From: Chromera velia
Taxonomy: Eukaryota
Assembly: GCA_018398765.1 (NCBI GenBank)
Contig: JAHBMJ010000532.1
Coordinates: 62,001 to 126,000 of the forward strand
Direction: 5' to 3'
DNA length: 64,000 nucleotides
Positions 12,976-25,641 of the stretch are shown here, piece after piece. Each line of letters starts with the position of its first letter. Position 1 is the stretch's first letter. Under the pieces are notes generated by a model that ran no database searches, was not told where the DNA came from, and worked only from the letters and a program-made list of their open reading frames with translations. The translations under genes were made by a program, and so were the position numbers.

Positions 12976-14584
12976 CGGAAGATGCCTGAAGTAAGCGTAT
13001 ATGCAATCAGAGGCACAGAGAGAGGGAAAGGCACACACGCAATCACACGCATTGTCAAGGACCGGACTGAAGAGATTGTCAATCATTAATAATTATATAA
13101 TTGTCACTCGACGCGCTGGCAAACTCATGCTGCACAAAAATGACAGAGGGATCGAATCTGCAGGACAAAACTTTTATATACTAGCGCACGTACGAAAGGA
13201 TGCAGCTAGCAGAGCTCATGCACGCGGCGCAAAACGCGCGCCAACTCCCGCTTATATATGAAAAAAGGATTAATTAAGCGGGTGTTTTTCTCTTCGATCG
13301 AAGCGTGGAAGATTCTGGAAGAGCTCTAAATGTCACTTGCAATTGACTTCCAGGTTTTTGCCACAGCAGACTTCCCGGAAATCGCTCAGGTTTGGAGGTC
13401 TACTGAAGGTAGCTGCATACATTCAGACTGAGTCTCTGAGAAGCCGTGCATGCACCACAGTACATTTTCGTTGAAGTCTCCCACCCAGGCAGGAGGCCAA
13501 CTCTCAGTTACTCTCTATTACTATCAGCAGCTTACAAGCGACACCCCATGATGCAAAAACCTTACGGTCAGTGCGCCGATGGGGGTACGGACATGCTTTT
13601 ACACAACTCTGACCATGCTGCTGCCACCGCAGCTTCTCTCTCTCTCTTCTGTGTTGGCTTCTGCAAGTCAGATTCGGTCTCATCTGCAATGCATGCTTGC
13701 AGCGGCTCAATCGCACAAATCCATACAGTCATGCACTGCTAGTATATCGCGGTCTGTGATGGTCTGTGTTACTTCAGCCCCAACCAAGGCCCCTCTCATG
13801 CAGCTTGCTCTCTTTCATACATTCAAAGCAGAAGCCTCACCAACTAAGACCCCTCCGTACCTGCATGCATGATGCAGGAACTTCTTCAAGGGGGGAACGG
13901 TGTTGGGCATCGTCAGGAGTTGGGAGCCACCGTGGACGCAATACATCTGTGCTCGAATTCGAGGACACCAGGTCAGACCTCGTGTCGGATTGGGTGCGTA
14001 AATCTGCAACATGACTGACGGTTTTCATTTCCTGCTTCCAGAGGGTAACCGGACTGCATGATTGAATCTTTTTTGATTGCTTCAGTTTTCTCGATTGTCT
14101 TTGTAGCGGTGAGTCACGGTACCTCGCATCGGGTTTGTTGGTTTGCCAGAGTGGGGGTCTGGAAGCTTTCTGGTACAACCAGGGAGTTAGTAAGCCTTCA
14201 TTGGGGTTCTCCAATGCTGGATCAAAGAAACTCTGGCGGTGTGTATACACTGATCAGGGAGGTTAGTCAAACACGGGACCCAACCGGTGTTTGAATCCGA
14301 GGAAGCAGAAACCGGCAGTCAAGGCTAGATAGGAATAAGGGAGCAGAGGGGTCCGGAGGGTAGTGTACAGGCTAACAGATAGTGTGTGATAGATTAGTGT
14401 GCTGAAAGGAAGATAGTTGAGTCGACTTGAGTGAGGCTATGAGTGAGGACGCTGGGTAAGATAGGAGACAGACTGGAGGCTAAAGCTAAATCTAGGACTT
14501 TAGTGTAGAAGGAAGAAGGAAAGTGTTAGAAAGGGATGTGTCAGAGAGACCAGGTAGAGAGGGGGGTAGAGAGACTAGATACGC

Positions 14585-15626
14585 AGATGTTTCTCACTGC
14601 GCGTAACCCCTTTATGTTGCGTGCAGCGATGAGCTACCTCATGGGTCACCATCTGGAGAGAGAAAGAAGAAGAAAAAGGAGAAGGAGAAAGACAGCGGCA
14701 CGAAGAGTCAAAGTGGGGACCAGAAGGAGAGCTCTTGTCTTTCTTCTTCCTCTTCTCCTGCTTCCGCTTCCCCAGCGGCAGAGACGGACATGCAAACAGA
14801 GCGGGGCACACCTTTCGCACATCTTGAGCAGGGCAGACCCTCTCCGTCACTTTCAGCTCAGAGGGGATCGCGAGCCTGGGACCTGCATCTCAATGCTCTC
14901 CGTCATTCTTCCGTGATCTTGTGGCGTCAAAACGATGACGGGACAAGAACGATTTACGATTCTGCCGGCAAGATAAGTTACTTTCCAGACGGTTCACTTA
15001 AAGACCGCATCTGGAAGGAGAGATCCGCTTCCCTTTCCTCTTCCTCTGGCTGCCCGCGTGTATCCTCCGAGTCCCTTCAGCACCCGAATGGCCTGAGGGA
15101 CATCCATGAGATTGAAGATGAGGAGGAAAGGCAGCCTGCCCGCCCGTCTCCGTATGAAGGCAGAAGGCGAAAAGACGGGGAAAAGAGAGTCAAGTTTGGG
15201 AAGGGAATCGAGAGGGAGTACGACACAGAACAATTGTGCATGGAATACATGAGAGAGAGGGAAATTTCAGAGGAAGAAATTCAGACAAAAGGGAGACCTA
15301 GAAGCAAAAAGGAGAGATTCAGCACCGCAGACGGTGCAGTCAGCAGCACAGGCGTGGAAGAGAAACGAAAGGCAGATTCAGGTGAGGGAGACGGCGGCTC
15401 TTGCTCGTCCTCGTCTTTCCTTGGACATCAAAGATCAACGACACTTGATCGGCACGGGGAGGTTGGTACTGAGTCTGTACCCATTGTCATTGACGACAGC
15501 GATGACGAACTGCCGACACTGGGTGGGGGAATCCATCCCAGCAGTCAGGGCAGCTTGAGCGGATCCTTGAGGGAGAAAGAGCAGACAAAGAGGAGAAAAT
15601 TGGACACAGAGCCTGAGGCTCGTTAA
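14585..15626 (+). CDS. Hypothetical charged protein (possibly frameshifted or the 3' part of a gene starting near 13450)
   Basis: ORFs 14536..14916 and 14790..15626 have protein-like composition and a terminal basic NLS-like KRRKL; no recognisable domain. Confidence 0.4.
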
Positions 15627-16413
15627 CTTGAAGAGAAAAAGCTTACAGATCAAGAAACTTCATCGCCTTCCTATTCTGCAGTCAACCTCCCCCCAGAATT
15701 TGGTGGGAGGGGACCGTCGCTTTTGTGTGTGTCCCCCTCCTCCTTTTCGTCTGTCGGAATACTTCGATCAAGAGAAGGAGAAGCTGAGCGTCGCAGATAG
15801 GAACTTTCTTCCACAGGGTCTTCTCATAGGATCTGGAGTCAGCTGAGGGACTCAAGCTTCACTTTTGTGCTTTAAACCGTGGCTCTGACCTGCTGTTAGG
15901 AGGTGTAAAAAAAAAAAAATATACGGAAAATTGGAACTTTAGAGAAACAACTTATAAATTTTACAAACAAAAAAAACTTATTTGCTAAGATGCAATATAT
16001 CGATCAACGATGAATATATTGCTTCATTTTTTTGTTGCAAATTAAACTTGCAATAGTAGTAAAACTAGTAGCTAGAACATTACTCAGAAAATCATAGAAA
16101 ATTATATGCTGGCAGAAAACGCTTTAACCGTTAGTTTGCGGTTTACCTGGAACTTTACCATATATCCCAAAAGTTTAGCCAAAAGTTAGAACTTCACCAT
16201 TTCAAGTTAAGTACGTTTCTGTAAAAAATATGTAACATACAGTAGTTTGAAATATCAACTTTGTGTTCTGAATTATCTAGCTCTATACTATCCGAGAAAA
16301 GTTTTTTTTAAAAAAATTTGAAACTTACAAAACAAAAACATGTTTCATTGTGCCAATGCTAGCTCTAAAAACAGATTAACATAGCGGAAAGACACATTAT
16401 GCAAGACAGATAG

Positions 16414-16478
16414 ACATAGCGGGAAAGCCCTAGGGCGGAATATATCAATCAATCAATCGATCAATCAATCCGTCAATC
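16414..16478 (+). mobile_element. Retroposon-like 3' end with (ATCA)n tail, copy 2
   Basis: Matches 7674-7724 with two transition differences before the tail. Confidence 0.6.
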
Positions 16479-16789
16479 TAACAGTTAATCAATCATATCA
16501 TAATCACTAGTTAATCTAGTCGTTAATCACCATAATAATTATCAATTTATATTTTATTTAAACCAGATTCATAATTCTACTTATAATCACAGTTAAATCA
16601 CTCTAGAAATCACTGACAGATTCAGTGTTAGTCAGATGACCTATCAATATTTGAACATGCCATTGGAGAAATCAATCAAGCAAGCAAACGTCACAGGGAC
16701 TAGCACTGTCTAGCAGAGAGAAGGGAGGGGGAAAGAGAGAAATAAAGAGGGAGCATCCTACGAGTATCTAAGGGATACTCAAGGAGAAT

Positions 16790-17070
16790 CACACACACAA
16801 AAAAAAACAGAAGGAAGAAAGGCCGGAAAGCAGGAAGAAGGGAGAAAAGATGAAAAAAAAAAAATAAACGGAAGAGAGGAAGGAAGGAAGGAAGGAAGGA
16901 AGGAGGGAGGGAAGGAAGAAAGGAAGGAAGGAACAGAGACAGAGAGAGAAAGGAAAGAACGAGAGAAAGAAAGACAGAAAGAAACGAACAAACAAACAAA
17001 TATAGGGAGAAGGAGAGGGCAAGGGAGAGAAAAGAAAGAAGAGACACAAAGGATGAGAAAGACACACACA

Positions 17071-17122
<52 letters not shown>

Positions 17123-17211
17123 GGAAGAGAAAAAAGAGAGAAAGACAGAATGAAAGAAATGAAGGAAGGGAGGAAGGAAGAAAGAAAGAATAAAAAGAGA
17201 GAGAGGGGGGA

Positions 17212-17243
<32 letters not shown>

Positions 17244-17330
17244 GGAAACGAAGCCAGCAAGCAAGCAAGCTTAAAGCAAGCACACAACCGAGCAAGAAAA
17301 AAGGAAGGAAAGAACGAAAGGAAAAAAGAC

Positions 17331-17361
<31 letters not shown>

Positions 17362-17462
17362 ACGGACAACAGTCAACATATTGACAGATAGACGGGTAGA
17401 AAACAAAAAAAGGTGAAGAAGGGGGCCAGGGGGCGACGAGAAAAAAGACGAAAGAAAAAAAC
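16790..17462. repeat. Long purine/pyrimidine-asymmetric compound microsatellite (GGAA, GAAA, GA, CA)
   Basis: Directly visible; the overlapping ORFs are low-complexity artefacts. Confidence 0.9.
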
Positions 17463-17991
17463 AACAGACATTCATGGACTCGGGTCGCTTAGCCGAGGAA
17501 GAATACATCGGTGCAACAACATGAATGTTCTCCTGGTCTCTTGACAAAAGCATCCTTCCCCCCATCACCCAGCAAATAGCGGGCCTCCACGCACACTAAA
17601 GCGCATGTTGGAAGGCACGTCTGTAGAGGCAGAAGAGGACAAAGGGTGTCTGTGCACGTTCTCTTACGCGCTCTCCTAGCTCCAGCTGCACATGCGACTT
17701 CTGTGCCCAAGCATGAAAGGAAGGATGCGCATGACCAGTTGACAGGTCTCAGTTTCTTCTCTTCCCCTGCTTGAGCAAATGAATGGAAACACACAGTCTC
17801 TGAATTCGATACGCTACAGAAAACAAAAAAAAACCGAATCCTAATGTTCCCCTGCAGGCCCCGCCTCGCACGTCTCCTTCCTTCCTTCATTCATTCATTT
17901 TGACCCCCCGCGCTGTCATTGCACTACCTGCGGGACCCTGCCCTTCCCGATCTGCAGCGCCGTGCTTTTCTTAAATAGTGACTGCCTGCAC

Positions 17992-19491
17992 TTAGCTCGG
18001 AACGGGCTCTCTCTTCAATTCCCCCCCCGGCTGGGCCACAGCATTCGGGAGAGAGGGGGGGGAGACGGGGACGTCGGGTAGGCGGGGGAGGGGATCGGAG
18101 GGGGCGGATCTCTGGGGGTCTGTGGTTTCTCCAGTTGCTGCTGCCGCTGCTGCGGCAGTGGTCTCGGGGGGGAGGGTGGAAGGGATCCTCTCTCTTTCCG
18201 TCTCCGTCTCTCTTCCCCGGGGGGGGGCGGGGGTGGCGGGGGCAGGTTGGGGATTTTCGCCACTCCCATATTTTGCCTCTAATTTTGCAAGCTCGGCCTC
18301 AAGGGCTTCCTCATCTCCTGTGATTTCGTTTCCTGCCTGTGCAAAGAGATCGTCAAACATTTGCCCCTCCTCTCTCTGCTCTTCAACTCTCTGGAGAACA
18401 GCCTCGACTTGCTGTAATGCGGGACGGTGCGCGTCGACGGCCAGGATGCCTACCTGGAGGGCATCCACAGTGATGCCCTGGATTTCTGCAGATTCAAGTC
18501 TTTCTTTCTGATCTTTTAAGGTTTCGATTTTCTCTTTTGCCGTCTCGATTTTCTGTTCACACCCCTTCCTTCTCAGTAAGATCTTGATTTTTTTCTCCTG
18601 CGCCTGCTTCTGTGCAATGGAATCCCTCAACTCTGCTTCAATCCTCGCCTTCCTCTCCTCCAAAAAGACAACGTGGTCTTCAATTCTGCGGACTGCGTAG
18701 TCATTGCACACAGCAGCGCGGTCTTTTTCCCCTACCTTCCACCCCCTGACTGAATCGTGGCTGAGTGCAATTTTCAGACCACGGGCTTCCGGGTACTCGG
18801 GGGAGGTGACCGTCTCTGCTCTGAAGTCCTGCGACTGATTGCTCTTGTCTGTCAAGTACCACACAAAGTGAGCGAGGTCAAGGGAGTCCCCGAGTCTGTC
18901 CTCGAGGAATTCCCTCAGCTGATCTTCCGAAATCAAAAAACTTCCCGGCACCAACGACCGGAAGTAAAACCCAGGTGCTCTGTCTCTCTGGGGTGTCTGC
19001 TGTGTGCCGCTTCTCGCGAGGGCACTGCAGAAATCCCTTCGCAGGCTTTCAAGCTTTTCTCTCACGATGGCTACAGAGTCATCGCCCCACTCTTTCGCTT
19101 TGGCGGAGTAACCCAGCAGGGAGCAGGCAGTAGAGAACACAGTGGCTATGCTGCTCTTCGGCCCTTGGACTACGGCCCCTTCTTTGGGAATGATGAACGC
19201 AGGGGAACCGTTCGCTTGCGCTTCCTGTTGGAAAGCAGCAAAGATGCGATTCACCAATTGGAACTTCCTCACGTTTGCCCCTGGATGAGTCGGGTGGCTA
19301 TCCTCCTCCCACAACCTGTAGACGTCTCCTGGAGAGACTTTGATGCACCCCTTTTCTCTGCAATAAGCCTGAATCACTCTCTTCCAAAACCCTTTTACAG
19401 CTTCATCCTTCTCATACCCAAAACTACTGGACCAAATTTTCTGCTGCAGGGCGGCGTCATCGAACCTGCAGGCCTCTTGCAGGCTCACCAT
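17992..19491 (-). CDS. CHMP7: CHMP7-like ESCRT-II/III hybrid protein (N-terminal winged-helix region, Snf7 coiled coil, Pro-rich tail)
   Basis: Intronless 499-aa ORF. N-terminal FW motif (AVKGFWKRVI), Snf7-like core (LLRRKG...KERLESAEIQGITVDALQVG...VEAVLQRVEE...DEEALEAELAKLE) and MIM2-like LPDVP. Confidence 0.75.
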   Translation of the reverse strand: MVSLQEACRFDDAALQQKIWSSSFGYEKDEAVKGFWKRVIQAYCREKGCIKVSPGDVYRLWEEDSHPTHPGANVRKFQLVNRIFAAFQQEAQANGSPAFIIPKEGAVVQGPKSSIATVFSTACSLLGYSAKAKEWGDDSVAIVREKLESLRRDFCSALARSGTQQTPQRDRAPGFYFRSLVPGSFLISEDQLREFLEDRLGDSLDLAHFVWYLTDKSNQSQDFRAETVTSPEYPEARGLKIALSHDSVRGWKVGEKDRAAVCNDYAVRRIEDHVVFLEERKARIEAELRDSIAQKQAQEKKIKILLRRKGCEQKIETAKEKIETLKDQKERLESAEIQGITVDALQVGILAVDAHRPALQQVEAVLQRVEEQREEGQMFDDLFAQAGNEITGDEEALEAELAKLEAKYGSGENPQPAPATPAPPRGRETETERERIPSTLPPETTAAAAAAATGETTDPQRSAPSDPLPRLPDVPVSPPSLPNAVAQPGGELKREPVPS

Positions 19492-19709
19492 TGCAAAAAA
19501 GCGAATCTGAATGATCGACTGTTGCCCAGATATCGTCTTGCTTCAAGTGGGAAAAAGAGAGGAAAAAGAACACTGAGGGCAGCTGAACAGCCCAGAGACA
19601 ATTACGTGCTGCTCACTGGGAAGGCAGAACGGATGATAAACTGTGTGCAAACTGTCGGAATCAAAATCGAACATGCCCGTCATATCCATCATCTGACAGA
19701 CCACAGGAA

Positions 19710-19860
19710 TCTGCATGCATGCATGCACGATTTCGCTCCATGCACGATCGCGCGGCGCGGAATTTAAGTTGACTTCCGATGACTTCCGGGGCCCGCGGCG
19801 CGGCCTGCATGTCGATCGGCGCCGCGCGCGCGAATCGCTCACACCGATACATGCATGCAA
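19710..19860. promoter_or_regulatory. Putative bidirectional promoter core (TGCATGCA plus GCGCG tracts) between CHMP7 and the membrane-protein gene
   Basis: Divergent ATGs at 19491 and 20086; the same motif cluster occurs at other divergent pairs. Confidence 0.55.
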
Positions 19861-20085
19861 TATATGATATATATCATGCATTCAATTGACATGCAGGCAA
19901 ACCGTAGCACTCACACAGTGCATGACACACTCGATCTGTATGGTGGTCTTCAAAAAGACAAGTTCGAGGGTCAATTCCCCCGAGTCCCCTCAGAGAAGCG
20001 TATTCGCGCAAAAGGAGAACAGCCTTTTGAGCTGGGTGTCCTTGAAATTCGTGTATATAAGAGTTCCGGTCAGTCAATCAACAGC

Positions 20086-23000
20086 ATGAAGTTTCTCGGT
20101 TTGCATCTTTGTTTGTTGTTGTTGGCGGCTGTGCCAACAGGATTCAGCCGGACAACGCAAAGACCGTTTGTGGAAGAAGACCGGGACGCAAATGTCTTCC
20201 CTTCTTTCGAGGAGGAGGACACGGGCAGTCCAAGAAGACGCTTGTCTTTTGGAGGTGAGGTGCACGGGTTTACAAGCAAGTCTTTGTGAATGCATGTCTT
20301 CCATCATCAATTTTGCCTTTGTACATGCGTGAAAGTGAACCTTCCGCACAAACATGTCTGGCATGAAACCTGCAGGGCTGCTCTCTACCTCTCCTCACAA
20401 CTTTACGGAGCTCCGCTATGTGCGAAATCAAGCCTGTAAAGCTCTTGGGCAGACTCCGCAAGGTGTTGCTTCGTTCAAAGCAGGTCCGTGCCAAAAAAGA
20501 CATGCATGCATGCACGCATGTGTGTGAGAGCCTCTGGATACCTCCATGGAATTAAGGCAATGGAGACTGCTGACAGCTCCAATACTGAAGCAGAAATACC
20601 ATTTCTCTGCCTCTGTTTCGGTACCTGCAAAGCTTCTTTTGGCCTTGCACTCCGTCCATCTCCGCCTCAGGTTTCTGAAAGTGTACATGCATTGTGCGCG
20701 TTTCCTTTGGGGGGGAGAAGGGTTCTGTTTGTGCTCATTAAGTTAGACACAAGAAGATACAGCCAAAGACCTCCGTGTACATGTAGGCTTCTGACGTGGT
20801 GAATTTACTTACTGTCACTTGCACCTGGCTTGACGTGCTGAACTACTGATCTTTGTCAACTTGAACGTTCCTTCTGCAGCTCTGCACGGGTTCCTGCGGG
20901 TTCGTCAGAGTCGGCAGGGCCTGACGCGGTTCGCCTCTTTCTTCGATGACGAGCAGGGCCTGGATCTGGCAGGTTACCTGAGGAGCTTCCTGATGCACCT
21001 GCTGCCTGCGGTGTTTGGAGTGATGATGGTGCTCCTGGTGCTCTGCTGTGCCCCTCGGTTGATTGACAGGTACAACGCCAAGTGGGCTGCGAGGAAGGCG
21101 AGGCACACAGGATTGATCAAGGCGCAGGGGGGGAGGCTGGGACAGGGAGGTCTAAATGTGCAGGCAGCAGCCAGAGAGGAGGCTGCAAAGGCGTGGGAAG
21201 AGGAGCTGAATGAGTACAGAGGGGTGGGCGCAAAGGGTCCGGCATTTGCTGTCAGCTCGGGTGAGTCAGTCAGGCAGTTGAGATGGGTTGGACATTTCTG
21301 TGATCTCAAGGTCAATTTGGACTTCATGCTTTGCCCTACCTGAAATCATTCATTCATGCGCGTCGAGGACTCGACCCACCTACATGGAATGCAGTGCTCC
21401 TCCATGGTTGGTTCATATGGGAATAGAAAAAGGAGAGACAGATGGGCGACACAGACAGGCAGACTGACTGCCTGACTATCTTTTCTTCTTTTTTCTTTCT
21501 TTTTCTCTAACGGACCAAACGACAAACAGATGGACTGGCAGACAAGCAGGAAATAGTCTTTTCTGATCGACAACTTCTCTCTCTGAAGTCCTTCTCCCAA
21601 CTGTGCCTCAGGTTGCTCGCAAGAGGTCCGATGTCTTGTATTTGTTTGCACAATAAGGTTCATTTCGACATTTCTTTCATTCATTGTGCCTCTTTTCTCC
21701 CATCCCTGATCGAAATGTATGTCCTGACAGGCCTACAGTTGGTTGCCTGTGCCGCCATTTTGGCCTGTCTGCCCCTCGCCTGGATGGGGGAGGGAAAGGT
21801 CGCAGCGACCGTGTACGGAGCCCACTGTGTGTACCTCTCAGTTCTCGACCTGGTCAGCTGCTTGGGTGACAAGGCTTCTGAAGTATTCAATTGGGCAAGT
21901 CCATGGTCAAGTGATGCGTTCTCTGTTGTTCTAATAAACACAAGAACATTTGTGAGGACTATCCCCCCCCCGCTTCCTGATATTCTACTGCATCCTTGAA
22001 GGGAAGCTTCGTTCTCCTCCTGTTTCTTTGCTTTGCAATGCGTTGGTTCCTTTCCCAACATAGCCGTTAAGAGATAATTTTCTTGTGAGACTGTCACTCA
22101 CAATTATCGAGGTAGGTACGTGGAATGAAGAAAGAATATTCCTGCATTCATTATCTTTGCGTCTGTTTTGTTTGTTTGCAGTGGCACGAAGGCATGCCTA
22201 TCCCCGCAGTAGCCCTGGAGGGTGTCACGAAGGTTCTGACAGAGGAGGCAGGATCTGACCTGGAGACATTCTTCACGGACCAGGAACAGGCCATCAAGGA
22301 CGTGGAAGAGGATCCCCCCAGGGTCTGGACAGGCGTGTTGGGTCTGACGGAAAAGTTGAAGGAGGGGGACATGGAGACGGCAGAGAAGGAGCACTGGCCG
22401 CCGAATAAGGAGGTTCTAGAGACGACGACAGAGGAAACGACCAGGCAGTTGAGGGATGGGAAGAGGGATCTCCAGACGACCGCAGAGACGAATGTGATCC
22501 GGGCAGACAAACTGCAGTTCCCCTCTATCGTCTTCAGCAAGACCTATAGGACAGACAATTGGAGGACTTTGCCGTGGAGGGGCCTCCACAACATGACGGA
22601 CGACATCGTTCTGCTGGCAGACAGCTTGTCCCTGAATGGAGGAAACTTTTCGGCATTAGCGACTACACTCTCAGCAGGTAAGGGAAGAGGGGCAGAGAGA
22701 AAGGGAGGGGGGGATAGAGGGGAGGGAGGAAGGACTGAAGGGACTTCTTGTCAGAGAAAAGATGCATGAAGACAGCCGTGCATGCCTGCCTGCCTGCCTG
22801 CCTGCAAGACCTTTGTGGGGAGCCGACAGTAGCTAGGGTTCTGCGAGGCTCGAGTAGAGAGATCTTTTGCTTCTGGGTCCTCAGTCTTTTGGATACACTT
22901 CTCTCTGATCACACCTTAGCTTGAGTTGTGAAGCGGCTGGTCTATGCACGAGCTGAGAGTCACATTTTCTTTCCTCTGGTTTTTCTTCTTCTTCTTCTCC

Positions 23001-25551
23001 TTCTTTTTGTGGGCCTCTGGTGCCTTCCTGGACATGCAGGTGCGACCTTTCGTGAGCTCTTGACGAACGCGAAGGATGAGGTGACGGGCATATTCAACAC
23101 CCTCAAGTACAGCGGGAATGTGTACCCATCGGGGTTTGAGCATATCTGCGTGTTCTGTTTCCTCTCTTGCGCTCCTGTGAGTGGCATTGACACCGATTTG
23201 GCCTACTCAAATCGTCTGGACATCTCCAACAGCGACGTCTCCTTCTGTGCCCCCCTGATGAAATCCGAAGAAGAACTCGATGAGATGGCAGAAAAGTACG
23301 GGGACCTGCCGTCGTGGCATTGGACCCAGACGGAGACCAGCGAGACTTGGCCTCTATCTTATGCCAATGAGATTTTGTTCAAGGGCCCGATGAGATTACT
23401 CTCCGAGTTCTTCTCATTGGCCAACACCGTGTATGGGGGCATGAGGAGCTATACGTATGCTCTCGAAGAACTTTTCGCAACCTCCGATATGTATCTGGAG
23501 ACCCAGAAAAAGGTGTACAGTCTCGCAAAACTGTTCGTCGCCTTGGAGCGCAACAGTATGTGGTTACAGGGGGGTATCTCGTTTGTCTACTACTCTGACT
23601 TGAAGTGGGCCCTCAGCCGAGCATGCATTGTGATCTCATGCTTTGTGGCTGCGATCGGTCTCTTATCCGGGTTCCTCGAGGCGTCCTGCAAGAAGGCCTT
23701 GAGTGCGAGGTTCCCCAAAACGATCAGCATCTTCATCATCCCTGTGGCATCTGCTCTGGCGATGGGGTGCATGATGTTTGGAACTCTGAATTATGTCAGT
23801 CGGTCGGAATTGGGCTGAATGCGTGTCTGGATGTGAAGAGTTTGTCTCTCTCGCAATCTGCAGAAACGGAGTTTGTTAGAGACTGGCTCGACTGCTGGGA
23901 AGTTTTTTCTCTTTACTGGTGTGCAGTGATAATGGAAACAGAAAGTTCCTTCTGTGCTCGCACATTTGTCTTTCTGCAGTGCTGAACCGCAGGACACTGC
24001 AGTCATTCCACTCCTTGAATATTTGCCCTGTATACTTCTTTATGGGCTTCTTTGCTGTCTCGTGTGCAGCTGGTGGGGTTTTCAGCCACCGAGATTACGA
24101 CGTTCATGGCCAACGACGTGATCTCTTCCGACAACATCAAGGCTCGTCCTTTTGTCTTCGGCCTCTCCTCCACACACGAGGACGTGGGGCTCTGGACTGA
24201 CTATCTGGCTGCATGCTTTGCTCCGACAAACCCGTGGAAGGTAAGGAGCAGGTAGTTGTTTCGAAAGGAAGTGCGACTAAAGCCTTCTTGAGTGAACGTA
24301 CCCACGGAAAGGAGACGTGGGATGATTTTCTCTTCTCACCCGTCCGTTACGAAAGGAGGGGCTGCCTCGCCGCGAGAGCACAGCTGTTCATATCTTCCGA
24401 AGATTTGTGGAACAGGAACTGCTTTTCTGTTGTGCCTGTTTATTCGTCTGCCGATTCTTCTGTCTGTTTGTCTGCCCAACTGTCTATCTGTCTGTTTGCC
24501 TCGCTGCCCATCTGCCTTTTCTTTTCCTTCGTTGACCTGCAGACGGTCACAAATTCCACGACCGACGAGGTAACCGTGGAAGAGAAGGAGTGGGCAGGAA
24601 GGGGAAGACTCGTCGACGTCACGGAGGTCTACGACAGGTCGGAATAGAATACAGGAACATGCATGGTCATTTGTGCATCAATTTTGAACGCAGCAGAGTC
24701 CTATGAGAGGCAAGATGGGGGCAGGGAAGAGAGGACGAAGTGAGTCTGTGCCTTTTTGTGAATGATACTGATTTACTTGGGTCGTCTACGTTCCGGAGAG
24801 AGAACCTGTAGTGAAGCGGCCGGTGAATATGCGCCTACGGGAAAGTTTCCGCCGTGCCCGTCCCGAAATTTCCACTTGAGTCTGTGCGCAGGTTTTCACA
24901 AAGACAAGTAAAACGATCAACCATGTCATTGAATGTAGTACTTTTACACTTGCTTTTCTGATCTTCTTCGATCCTCTCCCTTCATGCATGCATGCATGCA
25001 TGCAGGTTCAACATCCAGGGGAACCTGACGACCAACAGCACCCCCACCGCCCGAGCCGGGCTCCTTTACGCCCTCGATGAGGACGCGGAGGCATTCGATG
25101 ACGACTTCCTTGCCAACCAGTGGAAGCGCCTCTTCTGGCTGTGGGACAACTTCGGGGGACAGTACGCACTGGATCCGTACAGGTCGACGTCCAGGAGACT
25201 GGATGAAGGGTGGGGGGAGGGAGAAGAGGAAAGGCTGATGAGCCGAATGCTGACAGATGCAGGCGCAGAGGCCTCCCTGCTGGGTCTACTGACTCGGTCA
25301 GGGGGTCTGGCCATAGAGTACCCAAACAAAGAGAACTGTTCTGCTGCCGGAAGCTCCGCAACGTACAGAGGACTGGACTTTTTGGTTTCCACCATCAACA
25401 GCATGACTGGTCAGTCGGTCGGTCGGACTGTGTAGATTGCAGACCAATTTTGCGGAAGACCGAATGAATGAAATGCATTTGCGCAGTAATCGTCCTCTCT
25501 CTTTTTACATGCACTCTCTCTCGCTCTGTCTCTGTCTCTGTCTCTGTCTCG

Positions 25552-25641
<90 letters not shown>

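Noticed and set aside
16700..17568. Phe/Leu/Ser-rich membrane-protein ORFs
   Set aside because: Translation of pyrimidine microsatellites.
18757..19767. 336-aa plus-strand ORF
   Set aside because: Antisense shadow of CHMP7 with no recognisable motifs.
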